A stretch of 64,000 nucleotides of DNA from Candidatus Latescibacterota bacterium (lineage in GTDB: Bacteria > Latescibacterota > UBA2968 > UBA8231), in the NCBI GenBank assembly GCA_963422735.1, contig OY730476.1:160001-224000 (forward strand), written 5' to 3'. Positions 1 through 16,754 of this stretch are shown here, one piece after another. Numbering within the stretch: position 1 is the stretch's first letter; each line of letters opens with the position of its first letter. A program made the position numbers and the translations under genes. The notes beneath the pieces are model-generated. The model saw nothing but the letters and a program-made list of their open reading frames with translations. It made no database searches and had not been told where the DNA came from.

Positions 1-1
1 T

Positions 2-652
2 GACAAGGCCTATTCGTGGGAAGAGGGGGTTACGATCCTCAAGGGATTCCCAGCGTACAATCACGATCCGACCATTGAGCTTTCTTGCAACCTAGGGATC
101 GATGGCCGACAGGCCGACCAAGCACTGCGCGGCACGGTGATGTTACCCCACGGCACCGGGAAGGAACTCCGGGTCTTAGTCATTACCCAAGGACCGCTAG
201 TGAAGGAAGCCCAAGACGCCGGGGCCGATTTCATCGGCGGAGCCGATATGGCCGAGAAAATCCAGGCCGGTTGGCTCGATTTCGACCTAGTCATTGCCTC
301 TCCAGATATGATGGGGCAGGTAGGTAAGTTGGGGAGGATCTTGGGGCCGCGGGGCCTGATGCCCAATCCCAAGATCGGCACAGTAACGCGCGAAGTGGCC
401 CAAGCAGTCCGCGAGGCCAAGGCCGGCCGCATTGAATACCGCGCCGATAGCAAGTCCGGTAACAACGCCCAAGGTCCTATCGGCAAGCTGTCCTTTACCG
501 ATCAGGCACTGATCGAAAACGCCCAAGCGTTTACTGACGCCCTTTTGCGCGCCAAGCCGGCCGCGGCAAAAGGGCAGTACATCCGCAAGTTAGTCCTCTC
601 ATCGGCACTCGGGCCGGGCATCAAGATCGACCGAGCCCAGTTCGCTGCATAA
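2..652 (+). CDS. rplA: 50S ribosomal protein L1 (5' end truncated by window edge)
   Basis: Frame is open from base 2 (DKAYSWEEG...ALRGTVMLPHGTG); L1 motifs LGPRGLMPNPKIGTVT and KPAAAKGQY. Confidence 0.97.
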   Translation, partial: DKAYSWEEGVTILKGFPAYNHDPTIELSCNLGIDGRQADQALRGTVMLPHGTGKELRVLVITQGPLVKEAQDAGADFIGGADMAEKIQAGWLDFDLVIASPDMMGQVGKLGRILGPRGLMPNPKIGTVTREVAQAVREAKAGRIEYRADSKSGNNAQGPIGKLSFTDQALIENAQAFTDALLRAKPAAAKGQYIRKLVLSSALGPGIKIDRAQFAA

Positions 653-667
653 AGGAGGCTCTGTACT

Positions 668-1201
668 ATGGCGACGGCAGAGAAAGAAGCGAAAGTAGAA
701 GAATTGAAGGCCATTATGGCTGAGGCCAAGGGCTTCTATTTGGCCGATTTTACGGGTATTGACGTAGCCGCAGTGACCGAGCTGCGCAACAAGCTGCGCG
801 ATGCCGACGTCCAATACCAAGTGATCAAAAATCGCTTGGCCATCCGTGCGGCCGAGGAAGTGGGCATCGCCAGCCTCAAAGAGTATTTCGCCGGGCCTAC
901 GGCCATAGCCTACTCAAAAGAAGATCCCATCGCACCGGCCAAAATTCTGCAAGACTTCGTCACCGACGGTGGGAAAATTCAGATCAAGACCGGCCTTATG
1001 GAAGGCGAAGTCCTCACTGCCGATAGAGTCGAGATGTTGGCCAAGCTGCCCTCTAAGGAAGAATTGCTAGGCAAAGTAGTCGCCAGCGTCCAGAGCCCGC
1101 TCTACGGGCTAAGCGGTGTCTTGAATGGGTTGCTCAGGGGCTTGGTCGGCGCGTTGTCGGCCATCGAAAAGCAACGGGCAGAAGGCGGGGAAAACGCCTG
1201 A
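668..1201 (+). CDS. rplJ: 50S ribosomal protein L10
   Basis: AGGAGG RBS; VIKNRL, FAGPTAIAY and LAKLPSKEEL motifs; follows rplA. Confidence 0.96.
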   Translation: MATAEKEAKVEELKAIMAEAKGFYLADFTGIDVAAVTELRNKLRDADVQYQVIKNRLAIRAAEEVGIASLKEYFAGPTAIAYSKEDPIAPAKILQDFVTDGGKIQIKTGLMEGEVLTADRVEMLAKLPSKEELLGKVVASVQSPLYGLSGVLNGLLRGLVGALSAIEKQRAEGGENA

Positions 1202-1258
1202 TTCCCATTCGTTCCTCATTAACAAACTCAAATACGGATATACAGGAGGCTGTATCCC

Positions 1259-1666
1259 ATGACTGAAGAAACCACTGCCACCACCGCCAACAGCAAGGTA
1301 GGCGAAATCATTGACACCATCGGCGGCCTGACCGTCCTAGAGTTGGCCGAGTTGGTCAAAGCTCTCGAAGACAGGTTCGGCGTGTCGGCCGCAGCACCTG
1401 TGATTATGGCTGGCGCAATGCCCAGCGATGGCGGCGAAGAGGCCGCCGAGGAGAAGGATTCCTTTGACGTCGTGCTCACTAGTGTCGGTGAGAAGAAGAT
1501 TCAAGTCATCAAGGTCGTCCGCGAGATTACCAGCTTGGGACTGAAAGAGGCCAAAGCCCTCGTCGACGAGGCACCCAAGCCCGTCAAGGAAGGAGCGACC
1601 AAGGAAGAAGCCGAAGAAATCCAGAACCGGTTGCAGGACGCCGGGGCCACAGTAGAACTCCAATAG
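1259..1666 (+). CDS. rplL: 50S ribosomal protein L7/L12
   Basis: [43 protein letters not shown]. Confidence 0.98.
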   Translation: MTEETTATTANSKVGEIIDTIGGLTVLELAELVKALEDRFGVSAAAPVIMAGAMPSDGGEEAAEEKDSFDVVLTSVGEKKIQVIKVVREITSLGLKEAKALVDEAPKPVKEGATKEEAEEIQNRLQDAGATVELQ

Positions 1667-1724
1667 GGAACTGCTGCGGATACAGTAGTTCATCTGTTCA
1701 TACCTGCTTTTCTGCAGCGCGCAT

Positions 1725-1754
1725 TCATGGAGCTATTGGCCGATAGCTCCATGA
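1725..1754 (+). promoter_or_regulatory. 12-bp perfect hairpin between rplL and rpoB (possible attenuator or processing site)
   Basis: TCATGGAGCTAT-TGGCCG-ATAGCTCCATGA; no long U tail. Confidence 0.5.
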
Positions 1755-1790
1755 GCATTTGCCTTAAACCACCAATTGAGGAGTTGGACT

Positions 1791-5570
<3,780 letters not shown>

Positions 5571-5608
5571 ATCGCAGAGCATTCGCATAAAGTGCAAAGG
5601 GGGTACCA

Positions 5609-8600
5609 GTGTTACAGACTGCCAATGCATCGCGCAAACCGACTGATTTCGATTCCATCCGCATTCAGCTAGCTTCTCCCGAGACCATTCGCGCTTGGTC
5701 GCAAGGCGAGGTCACTAAGCCCGAGACGATCAACTACCGCTCCTTCAAACCGGAGCGCGACGGGTTGTTCTGCGAACGCATCTTCGGTCCGGTCAAGGAC
5801 TGGAACTGCCACTGCGGCAAGTACAAGGGCATCCGTTATCGCGGCGTAGTATGTGACCGTTGCGGTGTCGAGGTCACACAGGTCAAGGTTCGCCGCGAGC
5901 GCCTTGGCCATATCGAACTGGCCGTACAGGTTTCCCACATCTGGTATTTCAAGTCGCTGCCTTCGCGCATCGGTGCTCTACTCGACATCTCGATGCGCAA
6001 CCTCGAGCGCATCCTCTACTACGAGTCCTATGTCGTTATTGACCCGCGAGGTGCCCCTGTGGAGGAGTTACAGCTTTTGACTGAGGAGGATCTCGGCGAG
6101 GTGCAGGACGCAGGCGGCGATCCCGAAGTCGATATGGGAGCACCAGCGGTCAAGCGACTCTTAGAGCAGATCGATATCGAAGAGCTCTCGGCCGAGTTGC
6201 GAACCTTGGTCAGGATGGAGAGCTCGATCCAGCGCAAGCAAGAGGCGCTCAAGCGGCTCAAGGTCGTCGAGGCCTTCCGCCAGTCCGAGAACCGGCCCGA
6301 GTGGATGATCCTCGACAATATCCCGGTCATTCCGCCGGATCTGCGTCCCTTGGTCCCCCTAGAGGGCGGTCGCTTCGCTACTTCCGACCTCAACGATCTC
6401 TACCGCCGAGTCATCAATCGCAACAATCGCTTGAAGAAGCTGATCAACATCAAGGCCCCCGAGGTTATTCTGCGCAACGAGAAGAGGATGCTTCAGGAAG
6501 CCGTTGACGCCCTCTTCGACAACGGACGTCGCTCGCGGGCTGTGCGCGGCGACGGCAATCGTTCGCTCAAGTCGCTCAGCGACCTGCTCAAGGGCAAGCA
6601 GGGCCGTTTTCGCCAAAACTTGCTGGGCAAGCGCGTTGACTATTCGGGCCGTTCGGTCATCGTCGTCGGTCCAGAGCTCAAACTGTACCAGTGCGGCCTA
6701 CCCAAGGGCATGGCACTAGAACTGTTTAAGCCCTTTGTGATCAAAAAGTTAGAAGAAAAAGGGCTGGTGCAAACCGTCAAGAGTGCCAAGAAATTGGTCG
6801 AGCGCGAACGCCCAGAGGTCTGGGACATTCTCGAGGAGATCATTCGCGACCACTGCGTATTGCTCAATCGGGCACCGACTTTGCACAAGTTGGGCATTCA
6901 GGCTTTTCAGCCCATTCTCGTCGAGGGTAAGGCCATTCGCCTGCACCCGTTGGTCTGCGCCGCCTTTAATGCCGACTTCGATGGCGACCAGATGGCCGTA
7001 CATGTCCCGCTCTCGTTTGAGTCCCAGATCGAGGCGAGGCTCCTAATGCTTTCTACCAACAACATCCTCAAGCCGGCCGATGGCGAGCCGGTGATTATGG
7101 ACAATCCTCAGGATATTGTACTCGGCAGTTATTACCTGACCAAGGTACGCTTTAGTGAATCCCGTGGAGCCGAGCGCAGCTTTACCAATAAGATCGAGGC
7201 GGTTGCGGCTTTTGAATCGGGCCGCATTACCTTGCACCAGCCGATCGTGGTGTGCATTGATGGCGAGATGGTAAATACGACCGTCGGTCGCTTGCTCTTC
7301 AACGAGGTGCTACCGGAGGAAATCGGCTTCATCAACCGCACGGTTGACAAGGGCGATATCAAGAAGATCACCTCTAAGGTACATCGCCTACTGGGCAACA
7401 GACGCACGGCCGAGTTTGTCGATCAGCTCAAAAGCGTGGGCTACCACTACGCGACGCTGTCTGGTGTATCCATCGCCGTTGACGATGTAGTTGTACCCGA
7501 TACTAAAGCCAAGCTCATTGACGGGGCGCTCAAGGAAGTGGAGAAAGTCCGCGATCAGTACGCCAACGGCATCATCACTGACGGTGAGCGCTATAACAAG
7601 ATTATCGACATCTGGATGCATTCCACATCTGCGGTCTCGCGCGCTGTGCAGAGTGCGCTTGAGGAAGCCGAAGAGGGCTTTAACTCAGTTTACATTATGA
7701 AGGATTCCGGCGCACGCGGCAGTGAGGATCAGATCAAACAGCTAGGCGGCATGCGCGGCTTGATGAACAAGCCGCAGAAAAAGCTGACCGGTGCCGTCGG
7801 CGAAATTATCGAAACACCGATTATCGCCTCTTTCAAAGAGGGACTGTCGGTACTCGAGTACTTTATCTCGACCCACGGGGCGCGCAAGGGCTTGGCTGAT
7901 ACGGCCCTGAAGACGGCGGAAGCCGGGTATCTGACTCGTCGGATGGTCGATGTGGCCCAAGATGTGGTGATCAGTGAAGATGACTGCATGACTAGCCAAG
8001 GGCTGAAAACCGGGGCTCTCAAGGACGGCGAGGAGGTAATCGAGCCGCTAGCCGACCGCATCGTCGGCCGCGTGTTGCAGGAGGATGCCCTCGACGCCGA
8101 CGGCAATGTGGTGGCCCAAGCGGGCGTCCTGTTGGAAGAGGAAGATGCCAATCGCATTGCCCAAGCTGGCATTGAAGAAGTGATCATCCGCTCGGTGCTC
8201 ACATGCGAGTCCGAGCGCGGCGTGTGCATCAAGTGCTATGGGCGCAACATGGCTACTGGCCGCGAGATCAATGTGGGCGAGGCAGTTGGGGTCGTGGCCG
8301 CGCAGAGTATTGGTGAGCCTGGTACTCAGCTAACGTTGCGAACTTTTCACATCGGCGGTACGGCCAGCCGCATTGCCGAACAGTCTCAGATCACCGCTCG
8401 CCGGGCCGGCCGCATCCAATTTTCCAATGTCGATGCGGTGCAAAACCCGACCGCTGGCGTCACGGTCGTCGGGCGCAACGGCGAAATCGGGTTGCTCGAC
8501 GAACAGAATCGAGTGAGAGCGCGGATCAACGCCCCTTATGGCGCAGTGCTCAAGGTCGAAGATGGCGAGCAAGTCGAAATGGGGCAGGTGCTGTACGAAT

Positions 8601-9712
8601 GGGATCCATACAACAATGTGATCCTCACCGACCGCCCGGGCCGGATCAAGTTCAACGATATCATTGCCGGAGTAACTATGCGCGAGGAATTCGACGAAAG
8701 CACGGGCATGAGCGTCCGCGGCATCGTCGAACAGCGCGACCGCTCCCTGAGTCCGCAGATTGAGATCGAGAGTGAGGAACATCTCGATCTCGCGCGGCGA
8801 ACCGGATCCCGTTCCTATATCATTCCGGTCGGTGCTCGTCTTCTAGTCGAAGATGGCGATCAAGTCGAGCCGGGGCAGGTGTTGGTCAAGATCCCGCGCG
8901 AGCGTTCCAAGACGCGCGACATCACCGGTGGTTTGCCGCGCGTTGCTGAGCTCTTTGAGGCACGCCGACCCAAGGAACCTGCGGTAATATCGGAAATCGA
9001 CGGCACTGTGAGCTTCGGTGGCCTAGTTCGCGGCAACCGCGAACTGTTCGTCACCCCGCTGGACGGCGAGAAAAAGAAATACTCGGTGCCCTACGGCAAG
9101 CACCTGCGCGTACACGAAGGCGATCGGGTCGAAGCAGGCGAGCGCCTCTCCGAGGGTTCGGTCAATCCGCACGATATTTTGCGAGTCCAAGGCGTGAATA
9201 AGGTACAGGAGTATTTGGTCAACGAAATTCAGGATGTCTACCGCTTACAGGCCGTGGAGATCAACGACAAGCACATTGAGGTGATCGTTAAACAGATGCT
9301 GCAAAAGGTGCGCATCATCGACCCGGGCGACACGAATTTTCTCGAAGGAGAGGAAGTGGATAAGATCCGCTTCAACAGGGAAAATGACAAAGTCCTCTAC
9401 GAGGGCGGTGACCCGGCTACCTGCCAGCCGATCCTTCTAGGCATTACCCGCGCCTCTTTGCGCACGGATAGCTTTATCTCTGCCGCCTCCTTCCAAGAGA
9501 CGACGCGCGTGTTGACCGAGGCGGCCGTGCAAGGCAAGATAGACCATCTGCGCGGCCTTAAAGAAAACGTCATTATCGGCCGCTTGATCCCAGCCGGCAC
9601 GGGTGATAAGTCCAACCAGGATATCACCTATGAGAGCTTGGAGCCCGAGGGCAATGGCAAAGCCGAGTTGCCCGAAGTTGCGGCTACGGAAACGGGTGTT
9701 TTGGGCGAGTAG
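5609..9712 (+). CDS. rpoC: DNA-directed RNA polymerase subunit beta'
   Basis: NADFDGD catalytic motif, Zn-binding CxCGKY...[16 protein letters not shown]. Confidence 0.99.
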   Translation: MLQTANASRKPTDFDSIRIQLASPETIRAWSQGEVTKPETINYRSFKPERDGLFCERIFGPVKDWNCHCGKYKGIRYRGVVCDRCGVEVTQVKVRRERLGHIELAVQVSHIWYFKSLPSRIGALLDISMRNLERILYYESYVVIDPRGAPVEELQLLTEEDLGEVQDAGGDPEVDMGAPAVKRLLEQIDIEELSAELRTLVRMESSIQRKQEALKRLKVVEAFRQSENRPEWMILDNIPVIPPDLRPLVPLEGGRFATSDLNDLYRRVINRNNRLKKLINIKAPEVILRNEKRMLQEAVDALFDNGRRSRAVRGDGNRSLKSLSDLLKGKQGRFRQNLLGKRVDYSGRSVIVVGPELKLYQCGLPKGMALELFKPFVIKKLEEKGLVQTVKSAKKLVERERPEVWDILEEIIRDHCVLLNRAPTLHKLGIQAFQPILVEGKAIRLHPLVCAAFNADFDGDQMAVHVPLSFESQIEARLLMLSTNNILKPADGEPVIMDNPQDIVLGSYYLTKVRFSESRGAERSFTNKIEAVAAFESGRITLHQPIVVCIDGEMVNTTVGRLLFNEVLPEEIGFINRTVDKGDIKKITSKVHRLLGNRRTAEFVDQLKSVGYHYATLSGVSIAVDDVVVPDTKAKLIDGALKEVEKVRDQYANGIITDGERYNKIIDIWMHSTSAVSRAVQSALEEAEEGFNSVYIMKDSGARGSEDQIKQLGGMRGLMNKPQKKLTGAVGEIIETPIIASFKEGLSVLEYFISTHGARKGLADTALKTAEAGYLTRRMVDVAQDVVISEDDCMTSQGLKTGALKDGEEVIEPLADRIVGRVLQEDALDADGNVVAQAGVLLEEEDANRIAQAGIEEVIIRSVLTCESERGVCIKCYGRNMATGREINVGEAVGVVAAQSIGEPGTQLTLRTFHIGGTASRIAEQSQITARRAGRIQFSNVDAVQNPTAGVTVVGRNGEIGLLDEQNRVRARINAPYGAVLKVEDGEQVEMGQVLYEWDPYNNVILTDRPGRIKFNDIIAGVTMREEFDESTGMSVRGIVEQRDRSLSPQIEIESEEHLDLARRTGSRSYIIPVGARLLVEDGDQVEPGQVLVKIPRERSKTRDITGGLPRVAELFEARRPKEPAVISEIDGTVSFGGLVRGNRELFVTPLDGEKKKYSVPYGKHLRVHEGDRVEAGERLSEGSVNPHDILRVQGVNKVQEYLVNEIQDVYRLQAVEINDKHIEVIVKQMLQKVRIIDPGDTNFLEGEEVDKIRFNRENDKVLYEGGDPATCQPILLGITRASLRTDSFISAASFQETTRVLTEAAVQGKIDHLRGLKENVIIGRLIPAGTGDKSNQDITYESLEPEGNGKAELPEVAATETGVLGE

Positions 9713-9714
9713 TA

Positions 9715-9743
9715 TTGACAGTTATACAATTTGTATCTAAGTT
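9715..9743 (+). promoter_or_regulatory. sigma70-type promoter of the str operon
   Basis: TTGACA-N17-TAAGTT in the AT-rich rpoC-rpsL gap. Confidence 0.7.
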
Positions 9744-9786
9744 ATAAGTTTGCTATTTATTACGGAATGACAAGGAGAAACAGCGT

Positions 9787-10158
9787 TTGCCAACGGTTAG
9801 CCAACTGGTCCGCAAAAGCCGGCAAAAATCACTGAAAAAGACGGACTCTCCAGCGTTGAGAGGTTGTCCTCAGCGCCGCGGCGTTTGTACGCGCGTTTAC
9901 ACTCAGACGCCTAAGAAGCCCAATTCGGCCCTGCGCAAGATGGCTCGTGTGCGTTTGACTACGGGGATTGAAGTCACGGCTTATGTTCCAGGCGAGGGCC
10001 ACACGCTTCAGGAGCACTCCATCGTTTTGGTACGCGGGGGCCGGATCAAGGATTGCCCCGGTGTGCGCTACCATATCGTGCGCGGAGTCCTCGATGCGAC
10101 GGGTGTGGCCGACCGCCGCCAAGGTCGCTCCAAGTATGGCACCCGGCGGCCAACCTAA
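9787..10158 (+). CDS. rpsL: 30S ribosomal protein S12
   Basis: [17 protein letters not shown]; TTG start after AAGGAG. Confidence 0.99.
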   Translation: MPTVSQLVRKSRQKSLKKTDSPALRGCPQRRGVCTRVYTQTPKKPNSALRKMARVRLTTGIEVTAYVPGEGHTLQEHSIVLVRGGRIKDCPGVRYHIVRGVLDATGVADRRQGRSKYGTRRPT

Positions 10159-10169
10159 GAGTACAAGCA

Positions 10170-10640
10170 ATGTCGCGGCGTAAAAAAGCAATCAAACGCA
10201 AGCTGCTGCCGGACCCGAAGTTCCACAATGTCTTGGCGGCGAGGTTTGTAAATTCGCTGATGAAGCAAGGCAAGAAGAGCGTGGCCGAGCGCATATTCTA
10301 CGACTCTATTGATTTGGTCGCCGAGCGCAGTGGCCAAGATGGGATAGATGTCTTCCAGAAGGCGCTAGAAAACGCGAAGCCCATCGTCATGGTTAAATCG
10401 CGTCGAGTTGGTGGCCAGACCTATCAGGTACCGGTCGAAATGCGGCCGGATGAACGCACGGCGCGTTCGATTCGCTGGTTGATTCGCTTTGCCCGCGAGC
10501 GCTCTGAGCGCACCATGGCCGAGCGGTTGGCCAATGAGTTTATCGCTGCGTCAAGAGGGGAAGGTGGGGCTGTGCGGATGAAGGAAGACATCCACCGCAT
10601 GGCCGAGGCGAACAAGGCCTTCGCCCACTACAGATTTTAG
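10170..10640 (+). CDS. rpsG: 30S ribosomal protein S7
   Basis: MSRRKK start at 10170; [27 protein letters not shown]. Confidence 0.98.
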   Translation: MSRRKKAIKRKLLPDPKFHNVLAARFVNSLMKQGKKSVAERIFYDSIDLVAERSGQDGIDVFQKALENAKPIVMVKSRRVGGQTYQVPVEMRPDERTARSIRWLIRFARERSERTMAERLANEFIAASRGEGGAVRMKEDIHRMAEANKAFAHYRF

Positions 10641-10656
10641 GGAGTTCTCAGGGGAA

Positions 10657-12735
10657 ATGGCACGACAATTTTCACAACAAGACACGCGCAATATCGGGAT
10701 TGCGGCTCACATTGACGCCGGCAAGACCACTACTACTGAGCGGATCCTCTATTACACTGGCCGCGTTCACCGCATGGGAGAGGTCCACGAGGGCACGGCG
10801 ACGATGGACTGGATGGAGCAAGAGCGCGAGCGCGGCATTACCATCACCTCTGCGGCTACCGCTTGCGAGTGGAAAGATCACCGCATCAATATCATCGATA
10901 CGCCCGGCCACGTGGATTTTACCGCCGAGGTTGAGCGTTCGTTGCGCGTCCTCGACGGTGCCATAGGCGTCTTCTGTGCGGTCGGCGGGGTAGAACCCCA
11001 GTCCGAGACCGTCTGGCGCCAAGCTGACAAGTACGGGGTTCCGCGCATTGCTTTTGTCAACAAGATGGATCGTAATGGGGCTGATTTTTTTCAGGTCCTG
11101 AGCATGCTCAAAGAGCGATTAAACAGCAATTTCGTGCCCGTCCAGTTGCCCATCGGAGTTGGTGAGACATTCAACGGCTTGATAGACTTGATCGGGATGA
11201 AGGCCATTACCTATGAAGAGGCCAGCCAAGGCGTCAAGTTTTTCGAGGACGAGATCCCCGCGGATTTGCTGGAGAATGCCTTGCAATATCGCGAAAACCT
11301 GCTCGAGGCAGTGGCTGAATTCGACGACGGGCTGCTCGAAAAATTCCTCGAAGGGGAGGAAATTCACCCCGACGAGATTCGATCTGCACTGCGCCAAGCC
11401 ACCATCGCTCTAAAGGCCGTGCCCGTAACGTGCGGTAGTGCTTATAAATACAAAGGCGTCCAGCGCTTGCTCGACGCGGTACTGCACTATCTTCCGTCCC
11501 CGGCCGACATCGGCGAAATCAAGGGCATGCTACCCCATTCCAGCGCAGAGGCGGTGCGTCCGGCCCGCGATGATGCGTCTTTTGCCGGGTTGGCCTTTAA
11601 GGTTATGACGGACCCCTTTGTCGGGCGTCTTACCTTTGTTCGCGTCTATTCAGGTGTGCTAAGCTCGGGCACTTATCTCTACAATGTGACTACTGAGCGT
11701 CGCGAGCGGACCGCGCGCCTGCTGGAGATGCACGCCAACGATCGCACCGAGCTGCCTCATGCTTATGCCGGTGATATAGTCGCTGTGGTCGGTCTCAAAA
11801 ACACAACTACTGGCGATACGCTTTGCGATGAGCAGCACCCCATTGTCCTGGAAAAGATCGAATTTGCCGAGCCGGTGGTCCATGTGGCAATTGAGCCAAA
11901 GACGCGAGCGGATCAAGAGCAGCTATACATTGCCCTGTCCAAGCTCAGCGAGGAAGATCCGACCTTTCAGATCAAGCTCGACGACGAGACAGGCCAGACG
12001 ATCATGTCGGGCATGGGCGAACTGCACCTAGAGATACTCATTGACCGCCTCTTCCGCGAGTTCAAGGTCGAGGCCAATGTCGGTAAGCCCCAAGTGGCCT
12101 ACAAAGAAGGTCTGCGCAAGGCCGTCGAGAGCACCGGTCGGTTCGTGCGGCAGACAGGAGGCCGCGGCCAGTACGGACACGTCGAGTTGGAGATCGAGCC
12201 AGGCGAGCCGGGCAGTGGGCTGGTCTTCGAGTCGAAAATTATCGGTGGCAACATCCCGAGGGAATACATCAATCCAGTGCGCGAGGGTATCCTTGAGGCG
12301 ATGACCACCGGCCCTGTTGCCGGTTATCCGATCGAGGATGTTAAGGTCGTGCTGGTAGATGGATCGCATCACGAGGTTGACTCATCGGAAGTCGCCTTTA
12401 AGGTCGCCGGGACCATGGGCTTCAAAGACGGTGCTCTGAAGGCGACTCCCTATCTCATGGAGCCGATCATGGAGTTGGAGGTCGTTGTCCCCGAGCAATA
12501 TCTGGGCGACGTAATGGGCGATCTCAATTCGCACCGGGGTGAGATACAAGGCATCAATCCCCGTTCCGATGCCCAGGTCGTCAAGGCCTTCGTGCCGCTG
12601 AGCGAGACTTTTGGTTACGCTACTCGTCTGCGCTCGCTGACCCAAGGACGGGCGCTTTTTACCATGCAGTTTTCCAAGCACCAAGCCGTCCCAAAGCACA
12701 TCACTGAAGAAATCGTCGACAACACTCAAAGTTAA
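10657..12735 (+). CDS. fusA: Elongation factor G
   Basis: [26 protein letters not shown]; 692 aa. Confidence 0.99.
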   Translation: MARQFSQQDTRNIGIAAHIDAGKTTTTERILYYTGRVHRMGEVHEGTATMDWMEQERERGITITSAATACEWKDHRINIIDTPGHVDFTAEVERSLRVLDGAIGVFCAVGGVEPQSETVWRQADKYGVPRIAFVNKMDRNGADFFQVLSMLKERLNSNFVPVQLPIGVGETFNGLIDLIGMKAITYEEASQGVKFFEDEIPADLLENALQYRENLLEAVAEFDDGLLEKFLEGEEIHPDEIRSALRQATIALKAVPVTCGSAYKYKGVQRLLDAVLHYLPSPADIGEIKGMLPHSSAEAVRPARDDASFAGLAFKVMTDPFVGRLTFVRVYSGVLSSGTYLYNVTTERRERTARLLEMHANDRTELPHAYAGDIVAVVGLKNTTTGDTLCDEQHPIVLEKIEFAEPVVHVAIEPKTRADQEQLYIALSKLSEEDPTFQIKLDDETGQTIMSGMGELHLEILIDRLFREFKVEANVGKPQVAYKEGLRKAVESTGRFVRQTGGRGQYGHVELEIEPGEPGSGLVFESKIIGGNIPREYINPVREGILEAMTTGPVAGYPIEDVKVVLVDGSHHEVDSSEVAFKVAGTMGFKDGALKATPYLMEPIMELEVVVPEQYLGDVMGDLNSHRGEIQGINPRSDAQVVKAFVPLSETFGYATRLRSLTQGRALFTMQFSKHQAVPKHITEEIVDNTQS

Positions 12736-12783
12736 AGCTGTAATCGCCTTCCTAGGAACTAAGGAAAGGAGAGGATTAAGGAA

Positions 12784-13974
<1,191 letters not shown>

Positions 13975-14003
13975 GGACAGCCGCGTTAGGGAGATACGAT
14001 CCA

Positions 14004-14312
14004 GTGGCAGTTGACAGAATACGCATTCGCCTCAAAGCCTACGACCACATGGCGTTGGATAAATCTGTGGACGAGATAGTCCAGACGGTCAAGCGAAGCG
14101 GGGCCCGTATCGCCGGCCCGGTACCGCTGCCGACGGCTCGTACTGTGTACACCGTGCTGCGGTCCCCACACGTGGACAAGAAATCGCGCGAACAGTTTGA
14201 GACGCGCATCCACAAGCGGCTCATCGACATTTACGATTCGACGCCGCAGACCGTGGACGCACTGATGAAGCTCGATCTGCCCGCGGGCATCGGCATCGAC
14301 ATAAAGGTTTGA
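14004..14312 (+). CDS. rpsJ: 30S ribosomal protein S10
   Basis: [31 protein letters not shown]. Confidence 0.98.
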   Translation: MAVDRIRIRLKAYDHMALDKSVDEIVQTVKRSGARIAGPVPLPTARTVYTVLRSPHVDKKSREQFETRIHKRLIDIYDSTPQTVDALMKLDLPAGIGIDIKV

Positions 14313-14319
14313 TTGGACA

Positions 14320-14958
14320 ATGGGTGTGCAGGTAGAAGTGCTAAATAGCGAAGGGCAAGCAAACGGCTCAGTGGAATTGCCCGAGGATTTGTTCGGCATT
14401 GCGGTTTCGGAATACGCCCTCTACCGAGCCATCGTCGCTAATCAAGCAAATCAGCGGCAGGGGACGGCCTCGGCTAAGACCCGGTCCGAAATAGCCCGCA
14501 CGAGCAAGAAGCACCATCGCCAGAAAGGTACGGGTTGGGCGCGTCGGGGTTCGCTGCGTTCGCCGTTGGTGCGCGGTGGCGGCGTGGCTTTCGGTCCCCG
14601 TCCCCGCTCTTATTCTTCCAAGCTGCCCAAGTCCCTCAAGCGTTTGGCATTCCGCTCGGCACTCACGCTCAAAGGCACAGAGGAGCAGATTAAGGTCGTC
14701 ACCGACTTCGACTTTCCCGCTCCTAGTACCCGTTCCTTTCAGAAGGTTATTGAAGCGTGCGGTCTCAAAGGCCAGAAGGTCCTGCTTGTCACTGTGGAAA
14801 GCTCTCCGGTGTTGATCAAATCGAGCCGCAATTTGCCCAAGGTGAAAATTGCCCATCTCGGTTCGCTATCTACCTATGACTTGCTGGCAACGGATGTGGT
14901 CTTATTTACTCGCCAAGCCCTTGACCGGCTCGTAGAAAACTGTGGCCAAAGGGGCTGA
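14320..14958 (+). CDS. rplD: 50S ribosomal protein L4
   Basis: RQGTASAKTRSE, RQKGTGWARRGSLRSP, GGGVAFGPRPR. Confidence 0.97.
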   Translation: MGVQVEVLNSEGQANGSVELPEDLFGIAVSEYALYRAIVANQANQRQGTASAKTRSEIARTSKKHHRQKGTGWARRGSLRSPLVRGGGVAFGPRPRSYSSKLPKSLKRLAFRSALTLKGTEEQIKVVTDFDFPAPSTRSFQKVIEACGLKGQKVLLVTVESSPVLIKSSRNLPKVKIAHLGSLSTYDLLATDVVLFTRQALDRLVENCGQRG

Positions 14959-14962
14959 GAAA

Positions 14963-15247
14963 ATGAACCCGCGAGCGATTATTCAGAAGCCGGTGATCAC
15001 CGAAAAAGCCTCCATGTTGCGCGAGGGCAACAAATACGCCTTTCGCGTCCATCCCAAGGCCAACAAGATCCAGATCCGCCAGGCAGTAGAATCCGTTTTT
15101 TCGGTCAAGGTAGAATCCGTCCGCACCATCAAGGTCCCCAGCAAGCCCAAGCGACAAGGGATGTACCAGGGGCAGCGTGCCGGTTGGAAAAAAGCCTACG
15201 TGACGCTCCGGGCCGGCGACTCTATTGAATTTGCAGAAAATATCTAG
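14963..15247 (+). CDS. rplW: 50S ribosomal protein L23
   Basis: PVITEKA, ANKIQIRQAVE, WKKAYVTL. Confidence 0.97.
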   Translation: MNPRAIIQKPVITEKASMLREGNKYAFRVHPKANKIQIRQAVESVFSVKVESVRTIKVPSKPKRQGMYQGQRAGWKKAYVTLRAGDSIEFAENI

Positions 15248-15263
15248 CTAAGTTGGTCTCGAT

Positions 15264-16097
15264 ATGGCAGTCAAGAAATTCCGCCCCACAACCCCGACGC
15301 TGCGCTACAAGACGGTCAGCTCCTTCGAGGAGCTAACGCGCAGCAAGCCTGAGAAGTCCTTGCTCGCAGCTACCGTTGGCAAGTCGGGAGGGCGCAACAA
15401 TCAGGGACGCCGGACCATGCGTCGGCGTGGAGGGGGACACAAGAGGCGTTATCGCGTCATTGACTTCAAGCGGACCAAGCTCGGTGTACCGGGTCAGATC
15501 ACTGCGATCGAATACGATCCCAACCGCTCGGCATTTATTGCTCTTGTCGTCTATGCCGACGGAGACAAGCGCTATATTCTCGCGCCTTTGGGCCTGAAGG
15601 TCGGGGCCGAGGTCATCGCCGGTCCTAATGTCCCCATTCAAGTCGGCAATGCCTTGCCGTTGGCCAATATTCCCTTGGGAGCGACGGTTCACAATGTCGA
15701 GCTCAATCCCGGTCGCGGCGGTCAGCTAGCGCGTAGCGCGGGTGCTGAAGTACAGCTTCTCGGCCGCGATGGCGGGCGGGCGCAACTGCGCCTACCTTCC
15801 GGGGAAAATCGCGAAGTACCCGTCCAGTGCATGGCGACCTTGGGTCAGGTGGGCAATGTAGAACACACGAATATTGTCATTGGCAAGGCTGGTCGCTCGC
15901 GTTGGTTGGGGCGCAGACCCAAGGTGCGGGGCGTAGTTATGAATCCGGTTGACCACCCGCATGGGGGTGGTGAAGGCCGATCTTCGGGCGGACGGCACCC
16001 GGTCACTCCTTGGGGAAAGCCCACCAAGGGGTACAAGACGCGCAAGCGCAAAAGCCAAAGCAATCAGTGGATCATACGCCGGCGCAACGCGAAGTAG
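15264..16097 (+). CDS. rplB: 50S ribosomal protein L2
   Basis: [25 protein letters not shown]. Confidence 0.99.
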   Translation: MAVKKFRPTTPTLRYKTVSSFEELTRSKPEKSLLAATVGKSGGRNNQGRRTMRRRGGGHKRRYRVIDFKRTKLGVPGQITAIEYDPNRSAFIALVVYADGDKRYILAPLGLKVGAEVIAGPNVPIQVGNALPLANIPLGATVHNVELNPGRGGQLARSAGAEVQLLGRDGGRAQLRLPSGENREVPVQCMATLGQVGNVEHTNIVIGKAGRSRWLGRRPKVRGVVMNPVDHPHGGGEGRSSGGRHPVTPWGKPTKGYKTRKRKSQSNQWIIRRRNAK

Positions 16098-16106
16098 CGA
16101 GGGATT

Positions 16107-16394
16107 ATGGCAAGATCGATCAAAAAAGGCCCTTTTATCGATGGGCATTTAGCAAAAAAGGTCGAGCACCTCAATCGCACAGGCGACAAGCAGGTCGTAC
16201 GGACTTGGTCGCGGCGCTCGACCATTACGCCCGACTTCGTCGGTCATACGCTAGCCGTTTATAACGGCAACAAATTCATTCCGGTGTATATCACAGAGAA
16301 CATGGTCGGGCACAAGCTCGGCGAGTTCGCTCCGACCCGCACCTTCCGCGGCCACGGGGGGCGGTTGACCGAGCGCGGCACGAGAGTGCACTAA
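16107..16394 (+). CDS. rpsS: 30S ribosomal protein S19
   Basis: [25 protein letters not shown]. Confidence 0.99.
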   Translation: MARSIKKGPFIDGHLAKKVEHLNRTGDKQVVRTWSRRSTITPDFVGHTLAVYNGNKFIPVYITENMVGHKLGEFAPTRTFRGHGGRLTERGTRVH

Positions 16395-16396
16395 GC

Positions 16397-16744
16397 ATGG
16401 AAGCCAAGGCCATACTCAAACAAATTGGCGTACCGACCGCTAAGGTGCGCCAGCTTATTGACCTGATTCGCGGCAAGCCAGTCGCTGAGGCCCTTACCAT
16501 TCTTCGGTTTTCGCCTCGCCCAGTGGCCAAGCTGGTCGAAAAGACACTGCGTTCGGCCATATCCAATGGGATAAATCAGGACGAAGAAAATCCGGTCGAC
16601 GCCGATGATCTCTACGTAACTCGCGTCTTCGCCGACGAAGGACGCGATCTCAAGCGCATTCGTCCGCGGGCCCGCGGTTCGGCTGATCGCATTCGCAAGC
16701 GCCACTGCAATCTCACAGTCGTCGTCAGCGACGAGGTCAACTAA
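16397..16744 (+). CDS. rplV: 50S ribosomal protein L22
   Basis: KVRQLIDLIRG, LKRIRPRARG; conserved gene order. Confidence 0.97.
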   Translation: MEAKAILKQIGVPTAKVRQLIDLIRGKPVAEALTILRFSPRPVAKLVEKTLRSAISNGINQDEENPVDADDLYVTRVFADEGRDLKRIRPRARGSADRIRKRHCNLTVVVSDEVN

Positions 16745-16754
16745 GGGGGACACC

